From assembly GCA_021787535.1 (NCBI GenBank), contig JAJYLR010000001.1, positions 383,687 through 447,686 on the forward strand: DNA of 64,000 nt. Direction: 5' to 3'. The notes under the pieces were generated by a model. The model was not told where the DNA came from. It saw only the letters and a list, made by a program, of their open reading frames with translations, and did not search any database. Position 1 is the stretch's first letter; each line of letters begins with the position of its first letter. The stretch comes from a bacterium (GTDB taxonomy: Bacteria; Patescibacteriota; CPR2; UBA1875; JAJYID01). Shown here in pieces: positions 54,591 to 63,936 of this stretch. A program made the position numbers and the translations under genes.

Positions 54591-56798
54591 ATGTTACTAG
54601 AAAAGACAGGAGGGCACTTGCTTGAGCAAAAAAACAGAGCCCAGGCAAAACCGGATATGCAAGAGTTCTTTTTTAATTTGGCTCAGTTTAATTTTTCTCT
54701 GAAAAATATTAATGAATCCGTCGCCAAACTCAAGAAGCTTATCATAAAATATACCGGAGCTTCCGGCGCAACACTGATGTTTTTAGACAAATACGGATAT
54801 CTTTGGAAAGCCGGAGAAAAAACGACGTTTTCGTTCAAAGTCGGAGTGGGCATTGCCGGGAAGGCAGCGTCAGCCAAAAAGATATTATATGTTCAAGATA
54901 TAATGCATGATGAGCGCTATAAAGTATTGAATAAAAAAGTATCGGCTTCTATGGTATCGATACCTATTATTAAAAATGGGCAGGTCCTCGGAGTTTTGAA
55001 TCTCACTTATTCAAAAACATCAAGGAAAAATTTTCCGCCGGAAAAAGTCTTGCTGAAAATCTTTGCTGAAAAATTAAAAACAATCTTGGAGAATATAATC
55101 CAGCTGCACCTCGTGAGTATAGAAAGAAACGAATTAAAAACACGCAAAGATATAAACAGGATCATGGAGAAGGAAGAGCCGCTCAAAAAGAAACTTGGAG
55201 AAATCAGAAGAAAAATTATCGCTTTCACAAACGTGGAAGACGCTGGGTTCTTATTTACAGATCCTGAAAGCTTGCATTCTATCCAAGCTGCACATAAAAT
55301 TACCGGCAAAAAATTTCAAGAAATCCAGTTGGCAAATGAGCTGGCCGAATTTTTCAAGTCTAAAAAATATAAAAGCCATCATGGCTTTTTTGATGTCTCA
55401 GCAAACCATGCGGCGCACATAAGAGACAGCAAAGCATTTGCAACCGCTTATCCTATTTTCTCAAATAACCGGCTTAACGGCTTTATCTTAGTCGAAGATA
55501 ACATTAAAAATATAGATAACCTTTCCACCCAAGAGAAAAACCTCATCCGGCTAACCTCAATGAGAATAGGCAAATACCTCGACAGGGAACATTTTTCAAA
55601 AAAAATTATAGAAGAAAAAGAAAGATGGCGCCTTATATTCCATAATGTGAATGATGGGATTATTTTGATATCGCAAGATAAAAAAATCATAGAAGCTAAT
55701 CCGAAAGCGCAGGAAATTTTAGGATCAAAAAAGCAAAGCTTAACAAACCAAAACCTCTTCTCACTTTTTAAGATTATTCACTCAAACATCACTTCAGAAA
55801 CGCTTTCTTCAATTAAAAATATCAGTCATTTCAAAAGAGCTAGCGAGTATGAACTTGAGAAAAAAATAGACCGGTTTTTTAAGCTAGGACAAAATATTAG
55901 GCCCAAGGAATACTATATAGAAACGAAAAATGGCAGATTTTGGATAGCTTTCAGCATGAACACGGCTCTCAGGCGATGGGAAGAAGCTGTGTTCGGGGTA
56001 GTCCACATCAGAGACATTACAAAGAGAAAAGAGCTGGAACAAGACAAAAATGAGTTTATGTCTATGGTATCACATGAGCTGAGAACTCCTCTCTCCGCCA
56101 TGAAAGGATTCCTTTCAATGATACTGGCTAACGATTATGGAGAGTTAAATGAACAACAAGTAAGATCTCTCTCCAGAATCGCAGAGAGCAACTCGCGAAT
56201 GGTCTGCCTTGTAGAAGATATTTTAGATGTTTCCAGGATCGAACTAGGCAGAGTGAACTTTAGAAAAGAAGCAGTAAATGTCTCAGAACTTGTACATAAT
56301 ATTGTTCAGGATTTGGATTTAAAAATTAAGGAGAAAAAAATAAAGGTCAAAATCTCAAACAATACGGTAAAGATACCGTCCAAAGAGAGAGCGGCTAAAG
56401 CGCCTGCAGATCATGGACGCCAACTGGATATTTATGCTTTTGCCGATCGCGATAGAATGGCTCAAATTATGCAAAACCTTATTGATAACGCCATAAAGTA
56501 TACTTTTCAAGCAGGAAATCTTGAGATTAAAATACAAGCATCCGGAAAATTTGCTGAGATCAAAATCATTGACGACGGCGTAGGTATTTCAAAAGAAGAC
56601 CAAGGCAAACTCTTCCAACGATTTTCAAGAATACATAATCCTCTTAGCATTCAGGCGGGAGGAACCGGTCTGGGATTATATATCACCAAGAAGTTAGTCC
56701 TGGCGCAAAAAGGTAAAATCGAGGTTAAAAGCGCGCCTGGTAAAGGCACGGCTTTTTCAGTAAAAATACCTATAGCAAAACAACTGCCTTTGATTTAG
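54591..56798 (+). CDS. Cytoplasmic GAF-(GAF)-PAS histidine kinase
   Basis: GIAGKAA/SMVSIPI GAF, PAS (NDGIILI...IRDITKRK), VSHELRTPL, NLIDNAIKY, GTGLGL. Confidence 0.9.
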   Translation: MLLEKTGGHLLEQKNRAQAKPDMQEFFFNLAQFNFSLKNINESVAKLKKLIIKYTGASGATLMFLDKYGYLWKAGEKTTFSFKVGVGIAGKAASAKKILYVQDIMHDERYKVLNKKVSASMVSIPIIKNGQVLGVLNLTYSKTSRKNFPPEKVLLKIFAEKLKTILENIIQLHLVSIERNELKTRKDINRIMEKEEPLKKKLGEIRRKIIAFTNVEDAGFLFTDPESLHSIQAAHKITGKKFQEIQLANELAEFFKSKKYKSHHGFFDVSANHAAHIRDSKAFATAYPIFSNNRLNGFILVEDNIKNIDNLSTQEKNLIRLTSMRIGKYLDREHFSKKIIEEKERWRLIFHNVNDGIILISQDKKIIEANPKAQEILGSKKQSLTNQNLFSLFKIIHSNITSETLSSIKNISHFKRASEYELEKKIDRFFKLGQNIRPKEYYIETKNGRFWIAFSMNTALRRWEEAVFGVVHIRDITKRKELEQDKNEFMSMVSHELRTPLSAMKGFLSMILANDYGELNEQQVRSLSRIAESNSRMVCLVEDILDVSRIELGRVNFRKEAVNVSELVHNIVQDLDLKIKEKKIKVKISNNTVKIPSKERAAKAPADHGRQLDIYAFADRDRMAQIMQNLIDNAIKYTFQAGNLEIKIQASGKFAEIKIIDDGVGISKEDQGKLFQRFSRIHNPLSIQAGGTGLGLYITKKLVLAQKGKIEVKSAPGKGTAFSVKIPIAKQLPLI

Positions 56799-56868
56799 AA
56801 TTTAATTTATTAAAATATTAAAACCTCAGGTAGACAGGTTTTAATGAGAAAAAGAGAAGGAGAAAAGA

Positions 56869-57255
56869 ATGAAACAATGTATCCTCATTGTAGAAGATGA
56901 TAACATCTTACAGGAAATGTACTCAGAAAAGTTTGAAATGGGCGGATTTCAAGTCCTAAAGGCCTCAACAGGCAAAGAAGGCCTTGAAGTGTTAGAGAAA
57001 AAAAGCCCAAACCTTATTCTCCTTGATATTTTAATGCCGGACATGAACGGACTCGAGATGTTGAAAGAGATGAAAAAAGATAGGCAGTATCGCAATATTC
57101 CGGTGATTTTACTCACAAACCTCGGCGAATCAAAGATAGATATGGATCAGGAGCTCTCCTTTGCTCTCGGCATCAATGATTATTTGATCAAAACAAAACA
57201 TACTCCAGACGATGTTCTAAGGAAAGTGAAGCAAGTTTTAAAAATCAAGGTGTAG
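56869..57255 (+). CDS. Single-domain response regulator
   Basis: ILIVEDD, LLDILMP, LLTN, YLIK. Confidence 0.93.
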   Translation: MKQCILIVEDDNILQEMYSEKFEMGGFQVLKASTGKEGLEVLEKKSPNLILLDILMPDMNGLEMLKEMKKDRQYRNIPVILLTNLGESKIDMDQELSFALGINDYLIKTKHTPDDVLRKVKQVLKIKV

Positions 57256-57256
57256 A

Positions 57257-58042
57257 TTGTCGTCAATTGCTCAAAAAAACTATTCAGTTCAAGGCATTGT
57301 TATTCATCGGCGCAATTTTCTGGAAGCTGACAGAATTCTCAAGATTTTTACTAAAGAGAAAGGTATTATATCTTGCACAGTCAGGGGCGCCCGAAAAAGC
57401 ACCTCCAAACTGGCCGGCTCTAGCGAACTCTTTGTATTTGGGACTTTTTACCTTGCTAAAGGCAAGAAGTTAGATGTTCTAACGGGCGGCAAACCAAAAA
57501 CATTTTTCCTGAAAAATCCCAAGGATCTGTCAAAAATTTCAGATTTTTTCTTGATAAGCGAGGTGATAGCAAAAATGATGCCTGGTAGCGTACCAAATCC
57601 AAAGCTTTTTCATGAAATGCTGCGCGCATTTGAAGTCTTGGATAGTAAGAAATCGACCGGCGCAGCTTATGAATTTATATATAAAACTTTCACGATCTTA
57701 GGATACGGCCTTATTTTAGAGTATTGCGCCGGGTGCTCGCGCGCTCTATCTAAACAAGATGAGATCTATTTGGACTTTACTGCAGGAGGAGTATTATGCA
57801 AGGAATGCGCCAAGTACAAGGGTAATCAGATATCTGAAAATTGCTATAAACTGCTCAAATATATTAGCATCCATGATATAAACAAGTACTCGCTAGTGCA
57901 ATTAGATGAGAATTTATTGAAAGAGTTGTCAAAGACAGTTAACGATTACTTAAATTTTATTTATCAAAAAGAGATGAACTCCGCCGTATTTTCCCGGCAT
58001 ATTAGGGAATTGCAAAAAAAACCGGGAAGCGGTACAATCTAA
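57257..58042 (+). CDS. recO: DNA repair protein RecO
   Basis: EADRILKIFTKEKG, GARKSTSKL, CxxC...GGVLCxxC; TTG start. Confidence 0.92.
   Translation: MSSIAQKNYSVQGIVIHRRNFLEADRILKIFTKEKGIISCTVRGARKSTSKLAGSSELFVFGTFYLAKGKKLDVLTGGKPKTFFLKNPKDLSKISDFFLISEVIAKMMPGSVPNPKLFHEMLRAFEVLDSKKSTGAAYEFIYKTFTILGYGLILEYCAGCSRALSKQDEIYLDFTAGGVLCKECAKYKGNQISENCYKLLKYISIHDINKYSLVQLDENLLKELSKTVNDYLNFIYQKEMNSAVFSRHIRELQKKPGSGTI
58010..58038 (+). promoter_or_regulatory. Promoter inside recO 3' end for a probably leaderless transcript
   Basis: TTGCAA-17 nt-TACAAT, 7 nt before ATG 58046. Confidence 0.6.
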
Positions 58043-58045
58043 GCT

Positions 58046-58291
58046 ATGGCCAAGGTAAAAAAGACGCAAAAGAACGATCCAGAAGAAGACCGGATTGACT
58101 GTGAGAGTATGAACGACAAAGAGATAGAGGAATGGGTTGCCACAACAGGCAAGGTTCTCGTCGTGCTTGAAAGCGAGAATAAAGAAGTCTACAAACGCAT
58201 TTATAATGATTTTATTTTGGATTTGCAGCAATTAAGGCAGGTGGGCCGCATTACAGATGAAGATTGCAAAGACATCCTGGAGAATATATGA
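58046..58291 (+). CDS. Hypothetical acidic 81-aa protein
   Basis: Stop overlaps glyQS start (ATGA). Confidence 0.7.
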   Translation: MAKVKKTQKNDPEEDRIDCESMNDKEIEEWVATTGKVLVVLESENKEVYKRIYNDFILDLQQLRQVGRITDEDCKDILENI

Positions 58292-59673
58292 AAAAAGAGA
58301 AAAATGATTTAATGGAAAAGATAGTATCGCTCGCAAAAAGGCGCGGTTTTGTTTACCTATCCTCTGAAATATATGGAGGTTTTGCTTCCATTTACGATTA
58401 CGGTCCTTATGGCGTAGAACTTGCGAACAATATCAAAGATTTCTGGTGGAAGGAAATGGTTCAGTTAAGGGAAGATATCGTCGGACTAGATAGTGCGATC
58501 TTTATGAACCCGCGCATTTGGGAAGCTTCGGGACATGTAGCCGGCTTTTCAGATCCTCTGACTGAGTGCAAAAACTGCCATGCCAGATTTCGGATGGATC
58601 ATCTGCTTGAAGAGATTAAAGTCCAAGCAGATGAGAAAATGACAGAAGATGAAATTAATAAGATTTTTAAAGAAAATATTGAAAAAATCGCCTGCCCGTC
58701 TTGCGGAAAAAAGGATTTTGCTGAGGGTCGCAAGTTTAATCTGCTAGTAAAATCAAACCTTGGCAATATCACAGATAACCCAAGTGAAAACCCTGCGTAC
58801 CTACGCGGAGAAACCTGCCAGGGAATTTACGTAAATTTTAAAAACGTTCTCGATTCTGTAAGAGTGAAAATTCCATTTGGCATAGCCCAAATCGGCAAAG
58901 CTTTTCGAAATGAAATCACAGCCCGCCAGTTTATTTTCAGAACAAGAGAATTTGAACAGATGGAAATGCAGTATTTTCTTGACCCTGAAGATGAGATGAA
59001 AGAATATGAAAAGCTGAAAAAGGCAAGGTGGGATTATTATCTGAAATTAGGATTAAATGAAAAAAATCTCAAATGGCATAAACATGAGAAACTCGTTTTC
59101 TATGCAAAGGCAGCATACGATATTGAGTATAGATTTCCTTTTGGCTTCGGCGAGCTTGAAGGGGTACATGCGCGGGGAGACTATGACTTAAGCCAGCATG
59201 CAAAATTTTCAGGTAAAGATCTCTCATATACAGAGCCGAAAACAGGCAAGAAATTTATCCCTCATATTATCGAATCTTCGGTCGGAGTAGGACGAACAGT
59301 TTTAGCAGTTCTCACTGAAGCGTATATGGAAGAAAAAATTGATGGCGGAGAGCGTGTTGTCATGAAATTTCCGAAAAACTTGGCGCCTATCAAGATAGCT
59401 GTATTCCCGCTCCTTAGAAATAAACCTGAGCTGGTGAAATATGCACAAGAAATTTTTAACGATTTGAAAGAAGATTTTATGTGTGAGTTTGATGATAACG
59501 GCAATATCGGCAAACGATATAGAAGGCAAGATGAGATCGGTACGCCATACTGTGTAACGGTTGATTTTGATACCTTAGAAGAAGATACCGCAACAATCCG
59601 CGATAGAGATACTATGGAACAAAAAAGGATTAAAATTACCGATCTTAAAAGGTTTTTTGTGAATAATCTCTAA
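58288..59673 (+). CDS. glyQS: Glycyl-tRNA synthetase, homodimeric type
   Basis: SSEIYGG, LRGETCQG, GKAFRNEIT, RTREFEQME, IGKRYRRQDEIGTP. Confidence 0.97.
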   Translation: MKKEKNDLMEKIVSLAKRRGFVYLSSEIYGGFASIYDYGPYGVELANNIKDFWWKEMVQLREDIVGLDSAIFMNPRIWEASGHVAGFSDPLTECKNCHARFRMDHLLEEIKVQADEKMTEDEINKIFKENIEKIACPSCGKKDFAEGRKFNLLVKSNLGNITDNPSENPAYLRGETCQGIYVNFKNVLDSVRVKIPFGIAQIGKAFRNEITARQFIFRTREFEQMEMQYFLDPEDEMKEYEKLKKARWDYYLKLGLNEKNLKWHKHEKLVFYAKAAYDIEYRFPFGFGELEGVHARGDYDLSQHAKFSGKDLSYTEPKTGKKFIPHIIESSVGVGRTVLAVLTEAYMEEKIDGGERVVMKFPKNLAPIKIAVFPLLRNKPELVKYAQEIFNDLKEDFMCEFDDNGNIGKRYRRQDEIGTPYCVTVDFDTLEEDTATIRDRDTMEQKRIKITDLKRFFVNNL

Positions 59674-59682
59674 AAAATATCA

Positions 59683-59711
59683 TTGACAAATAAATCCTCA
59701 AAAGCTATAAT
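59683..59711 (+). promoter_or_regulatory. Perfect-consensus sigma70 promoter of greA
   Basis: TTGACA-17 nt-TATAAT. Confidence 0.85.
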
Positions 59712-59796
59712 CTTACAGCATGTTATTTATGCAATATTTGATCTGGTCTTGCACTAAGGCTTATTTTTTTCTCTCTATTTAAAGGAAAGGAACGAA

Positions 59797-60264
59797 ATGG
59801 AAAAAGAAATCTATATCTCTCGAGAAGGTCTGGAAAAACTAACAAAAGAACTCAAAGAACTCAAAACAGTCAGAAAAAAGGAAGTGGCTATAAGAATTAA
59901 AAGAGCTAAAGAGTTTGGTGATTTAAGTGAAAACAGCGAATATGATGACGCCAAAAATGAACAAGCGTTTATTGAGGGTAGGATTTCGGAAATAGAGAAT
60001 ATTTTAAAAAATGCAAAAATTATTGAAGAAGTTGCCTGTAAAACTACAGATGAGGTTTGTGTCGGACATACAGTATTTGTTGACTTTGCTAAAGGCGAGG
60101 CAAAATTCAAAATCGTAGGTTCATATGAAGCCGATCCTGAAATGGGACTTATTTCAAATGAATCTCCCATAGGCAAGGCACTCTTAGGCAAGAAAAAGGG
60201 CGATGAGGTAACAGTACAAGTCCCAGCCGGTGAATTGAAATATAAAGTCAAAAACATTAAATAA
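59797..60264 (+). CDS. greA: Transcription elongation factor GreA
   Basis: GDLSENSEYDDAK, ISNESPIGKALLG. Confidence 0.97.
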   Translation: MEKEIYISREGLEKLTKELKELKTVRKKEVAIRIKRAKEFGDLSENSEYDDAKNEQAFIEGRISEIENILKNAKIIEEVACKTTDEVCVGHTVFVDFAKGEAKFKIVGSYEADPEMGLISNESPIGKALLGKKKGDEVTVQVPAGELKYKVKNIK

Positions 60265-60282
60265 TTTCTTTAGAATTTGATT

Positions 60283-60317
60283 AAGTCTCTCGGAAAGCTC
60301 GAGAGACTTTTTGTTTT
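60283..60317 (+). terminator. Intrinsic terminator of greA
   Basis: AAGTCTCTCG-loop-CGAGAGACTT then TTTGTTTT. Confidence 0.85.
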
Positions 60318-60360
60318 CTAAATACTGCTTTTAAGTTATAATTTATTTTAAGGAGAAAAA

Positions 60361-61818
60361 ATGGCAGAAGATATTTTTATTAAACAAAGAAAAGAAAATC
60401 TAAAGAAATTGGTGGAGGCCGGCATTGATCCTTATCCTGCAAAGGGAGAAAGGACAAACTATGCCACCGACATTAAAAAAGATTATAAAAAACTCGAAGG
60501 CAAGGAAACCACAGTTTCGGGACGCCTTATGGTCAAGCGCGGCCATGGAAAGATTCTCTTTGCAAATATTCAGGATGTATCCGGCCAAACCCAGCTTTTC
60601 TTTCGCTATGATAATTTAGAAAAAACATATAATCTTTTAAAATATGTCGACAGTGGCGACTTCATCCAAGCAACCGGAAAAGTTTTTAAAACCAAGGCCG
60701 GGGAAGAATCCGTGGAAGTAACTGGCTGGAAGTTTTTATCCAAGGCAATGAAACCGTTACCGGAAAAATGGCACGGCTTAAAAGATGTTGAAACCCGCTA
60801 TAGAAAAAGATATCTGGACTTTCTGACAAATGAAGAATCAAGAGACAAAATACGCACCAAAGCAAAGATTATAAAATTTATTAGAGATTTTCTTACCGAA
60901 AACGGATTTGAGGAAGTCTATACACCTTATCTCGAACTGACGCCTTCCGGCGCAGCGGCAAAGCCTTTTAAAACACACTTAAATGCTTACAACATGGATA
61001 TGTATATGAGAATCTGTATCGGTGAGCTCTGGCAGAAAATGATGATAGTCGGCGGATTTGAGAAGACATTTGAAATAGGCCGGGCTTTTAGAAATGAAGG
61101 GGTCGATAAAGCGCACAACCCTGAGTTTATGATGTGCGAGTTTTATTGGGCGTATGCGGATTATAAAGATCTTATGAAACTGCTGGAGAAAATGATACCC
61201 GAACTAGTAAAGAAAATTACAGGGAGTTATGAAATTACATATCAAGGCAAAAAACTGAACTTCAAACCGCCATTTACCGTTATTACTTTCAGAAATCTAA
61301 TGAAAAAATATGCTGATATTGATATTGATGATTTTCCGACACGAGAAGATTTGGCTAAAGAACTTGGAAAGAGAAAATTTAAAGTTGACCCAAAGGCGGG
61401 AAGAGGCAAACTAATCGATGATTATTACAAAGAGATAGCAAGGCCTAAGCTTGTTCAGCCGACATTTCTGATCGACCAGCCGCTGGATGTATCACCACTC
61501 GCAAAAAGATCCACGGAAAATCAGGACACAGTACAACAGGTTCAGCTTCTCGTTTGGGGTGAGGAAATCTGCAAAGGATATTCTGAGTTAAACAATCCAG
61601 AAGATCAAAGAGAAAGATTTGTTGAACAAAAGAAACTTCTCCAAAAAGGCGATGAAGAAGCGATGCGAGCTGACGAACACTTTGTTGAAGCTATGGAATA
61701 CGGCATGCCGCCCGTCGCCGGCAATGGCATAGGCATAGAACGGCTTGCAACACTTCTCACTGACTCGCCCGTTATGCGCGAAATTATCACTTTCCCGATC
61801 ATGAAGCCGGAAAAATAA
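60361..61818 (+). CDS. lysS: Lysyl-tRNA synthetase class II
   Basis: LPEKWHGL-x-D-x-ETRYRKRYLD, FRNEG-x-D-x-x-HNPEF, YSELN, EYGMPP, GIGIER. Confidence 0.97.
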   Translation: MAEDIFIKQRKENLKKLVEAGIDPYPAKGERTNYATDIKKDYKKLEGKETTVSGRLMVKRGHGKILFANIQDVSGQTQLFFRYDNLEKTYNLLKYVDSGDFIQATGKVFKTKAGEESVEVTGWKFLSKAMKPLPEKWHGLKDVETRYRKRYLDFLTNEESRDKIRTKAKIIKFIRDFLTENGFEEVYTPYLELTPSGAAAKPFKTHLNAYNMDMYMRICIGELWQKMMIVGGFEKTFEIGRAFRNEGVDKAHNPEFMMCEFYWAYADYKDLMKLLEKMIPELVKKITGSYEITYQGKKLNFKPPFTVITFRNLMKKYADIDIDDFPTREDLAKELGKRKFKVDPKAGRGKLIDDYYKEIARPKLVQPTFLIDQPLDVSPLAKRSTENQDTVQQVQLLVWGEEICKGYSELNNPEDQRERFVEQKKLLQKGDEEAMRADEHFVEAMEYGMPPVAGNGIGIERLATLLTDSPVMREIITFPIMKPEK

Positions 61819-61821
61819 TTC

Positions 61822-62259
61822 ATGAAACAAGAAACATCTATAATTCTGTGTGTACGGGAAGATAAAATTCTTCTTGGTATGAAAAAACGAGGACATGGAG
61901 CAGGATATTGGAATGGTTTCGGCGGAAAAAAATTGCCAAATGAAACAATCTTAGAATCTGCACTCAGAGAAATTAAAGAAGAAGCCGATATTACCCCTCA
62001 AGACATGATACAAATCGGCACCCTAGAGTTTACAAATTTTATTACTCATATTTTTACTTTCTCAGAATTTAAAGGCAAACCTGTGGAGACAGAAGAAATG
62101 AAACCGCAATGGTTTGATATCAAAAATATTCCTTATAGCCAAATGTGGGAGAGTGACAAGATCTGGCTGCCACTTGTCCTGGATGGGAAAAAATTTAAGG
62201 GAAAATTTTTTTTTGACGGTGACAGAATGGTTGACTATAATTTAGAAATCATTTCTTAA
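61822..62259 (+). CDS. Nudix hydrolase, MTH1-like 8-oxo-dGTPase
   Basis: LGMKKRGHG-x-G-x-WNGFGGK, REIKEE, ETEEMKPQWF, IPY-x-x-MW. Confidence 0.9.
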   Translation: MKQETSIILCVREDKILLGMKKRGHGAGYWNGFGGKKLPNETILESALREIKEEADITPQDMIQIGTLEFTNFITHIFTFSEFKGKPVETEEMKPQWFDIKNIPYSQMWESDKIWLPLVLDGKKFKGKFFFDGDRMVDYNLEIIS

Positions 62260-62384
62260 TAAAACTCAAGCATAAAATAACCAAAATACTAGCATTTTAT
62301 TTGGTTATTTATACTAATGAAAACCTAAAGCACCAGGCATATATTATATTTGACGCCAGCAAGACGAGGGCATACCTTCCCAAA

Positions 62385-62495
62385 CACTCCCAGTGAGTGA
62401 GTCTGGAGTTCAAGGAAGCCTAGAAGAAGGCTTCCTAGTATATATCCTTACAGAGCAGAAAATGGCGGCTTTTCCGTAGCCGCCATTTCTTAATC
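62385..62495 (+). ncRNA. Candidate three-hairpin small RNA between nudix gene and serS
   Basis: TTGACG-17-TACCTT at 62350-62378; hairpins 62386-62409, 62413-62436, 62460-62488. Confidence 0.4.
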
Positions 62496-62540
62496 AGAAA
62501 GTACCTTGGATTTTCGCCTCGGATAATATATAATCTCTTT

Positions 62541-63848
62541 ATGATCGATATTAACTATATTCGGAAAAATCCTGATGAAATAAAGAAAAATAACAAACAT
62601 CGAGGCGTAAATGTCGATCTCGATAAATTTTTGGATTTGGATAAAAAAAGATCTGAGCTGATCAAACAAGTTGACGCTTTGAGAGCGCAGAAAAAGCAAC
62701 CTAAAGGCAAACCAACTCCTGAAGAACTAAAGGAACTAAAGAAGATTAAGGAAAATGAAGAAAAACTTGCAAAAGAGCTTGGAAAAATCGAAAAGGAATA
62801 TAGAAAAACCTATCTTCAGATCCCAAACCTGACTCATCCCGATGTACCGATTGGCAAAGACGATAGTGAGAATGTGGTTTTAAGAAAAGTGGGGGATATC
62901 CCCAAACTCGGCTTCACACCTAAAGATCACTTGGAACTTGGGGAAACACTCGACTTGATTGATATGTCTCATGCCGCAAAAATAACCGGTGCCAGATTTT
63001 TCTATTTAAAAAATGAACTGGTACTTCTTGAATATGCCCTTTTACAGCTCGTGTTTGAAACTCTGACAAATGAGGAGACTCTGAAAAAGATCGCAAAAGA
63101 TGCAAACCTGAAAGTATCGACCAAACCGTTTACCCCTATACTTCCGCCGGATATGATTAAACCTAAATATCTTGAGGCAATGGGACGGCTCGAACCAAAA
63201 GAAGATAAGTTTTACACTCAAAAAGACGATCTCTATCTTGTCGGTAGTGCCGAACATACTATTGGGGCAATGCACGCCGGAGAAACACTTGATGAAAAAG
63301 ACCTGCCACTCAGATATATCGGATTTTCAACAGCTTTCAGACGGGAGGCCGGTTCCTATGGCAAAGATACCAGAGGGATAATCCGGGTTCACCAGTTTGA
63401 CAAATCAGAAATTGTCTCTTTTACAACTCCTGAGAATGGAGAGACTGAACAGAATTTTATAATCGCAATTCAGGAATATTTGATGCAAAAAATAGGCATT
63501 CCATATCAGGCAGTGGCTATTTGCACCGGCGACATGGGGGACCCGGATTTTCGGCAAGTTGACCTGGAAGCTTGGATACCAACGCAAGGAAAATATCGGG
63601 AAACTAATACTTCTGACTACAACAGCGACTACCAGGCCAGAAGGTTAAATATTAAAGTCAGAAAAACCGACGGCAAAACTGAATTCACACATATGAATGA
63701 TGCGACAGCTTTTGCCGGCCGGCCGATGGTTGCCATTTTGGAAAACTACCAGCAAAAAGACGGGTCGGTAAAAATCCCAGTAGTGTTACAGAAATATATG
63801 TTTGGTTTAAAAGAAATAAAGAGACAGAGGTACAAAACAATAGAATAA
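62541..63848 (+). CDS. serS: Seryl-tRNA synthetase
   Basis: IPNL-x-HPDVP-x-G, GARF, FRREAGSYGKDTRGIIRVHQF, DLEAW, AILEN-x-Q. Confidence 0.97.
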   Translation: MIDINYIRKNPDEIKKNNKHRGVNVDLDKFLDLDKKRSELIKQVDALRAQKKQPKGKPTPEELKELKKIKENEEKLAKELGKIEKEYRKTYLQIPNLTHPDVPIGKDDSENVVLRKVGDIPKLGFTPKDHLELGETLDLIDMSHAAKITGARFFYLKNELVLLEYALLQLVFETLTNEETLKKIAKDANLKVSTKPFTPILPPDMIKPKYLEAMGRLEPKEDKFYTQKDDLYLVGSAEHTIGAMHAGETLDEKDLPLRYIGFSTAFRREAGSYGKDTRGIIRVHQFDKSEIVSFTTPENGETEQNFIIAIQEYLMQKIGIPYQAVAICTGDMGDPDFRQVDLEAWIPTQGKYRETNTSDYNSDYQARRLNIKVRKTDGKTEFTHMNDATAFAGRPMVAILENYQQKDGSVKIPVVLQKYMFGLKEIKRQRYKTIE

Positions 63849-63861
63849 CAAAAAAATATTT

Positions 63862-63925
63862 GTCATTCTGGCTTGTCCAGAATCCAAATCTTATTAAATA
63901 GATTCCGGATCAAGTCCGGCAGTGA
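63862..63925. repeat. Inverted pair of REP/dRS3-like palindromes
   Basis: GTCATTCTGGCTTGTCCAGAATC (63862-63884) and degenerate GATTCCGGATCAAGTCCGGCAGTG (63901-63924). Confidence 0.85.
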
Positions 63926-63936
63926 AGGAGAGAAAA

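Noticed and set aside
243-63587. Numerous 60-200 aa ORFs antisense to or overlapping recognised genes (e.g. 2582-3016, 4535-5038, 6989-7510, 15569-16180, 45064-45420, 59811-60257)
   Set aside because: Shadow frames of well-supported genes; no SD, motifs or independent signals
82-63925. Palindromic repeats as CRISPR repeats or integron attC sites
   Set aside because: Not regularly spaced, no cas genes, no GTTRRRY/RYYYAAC ends or integrase
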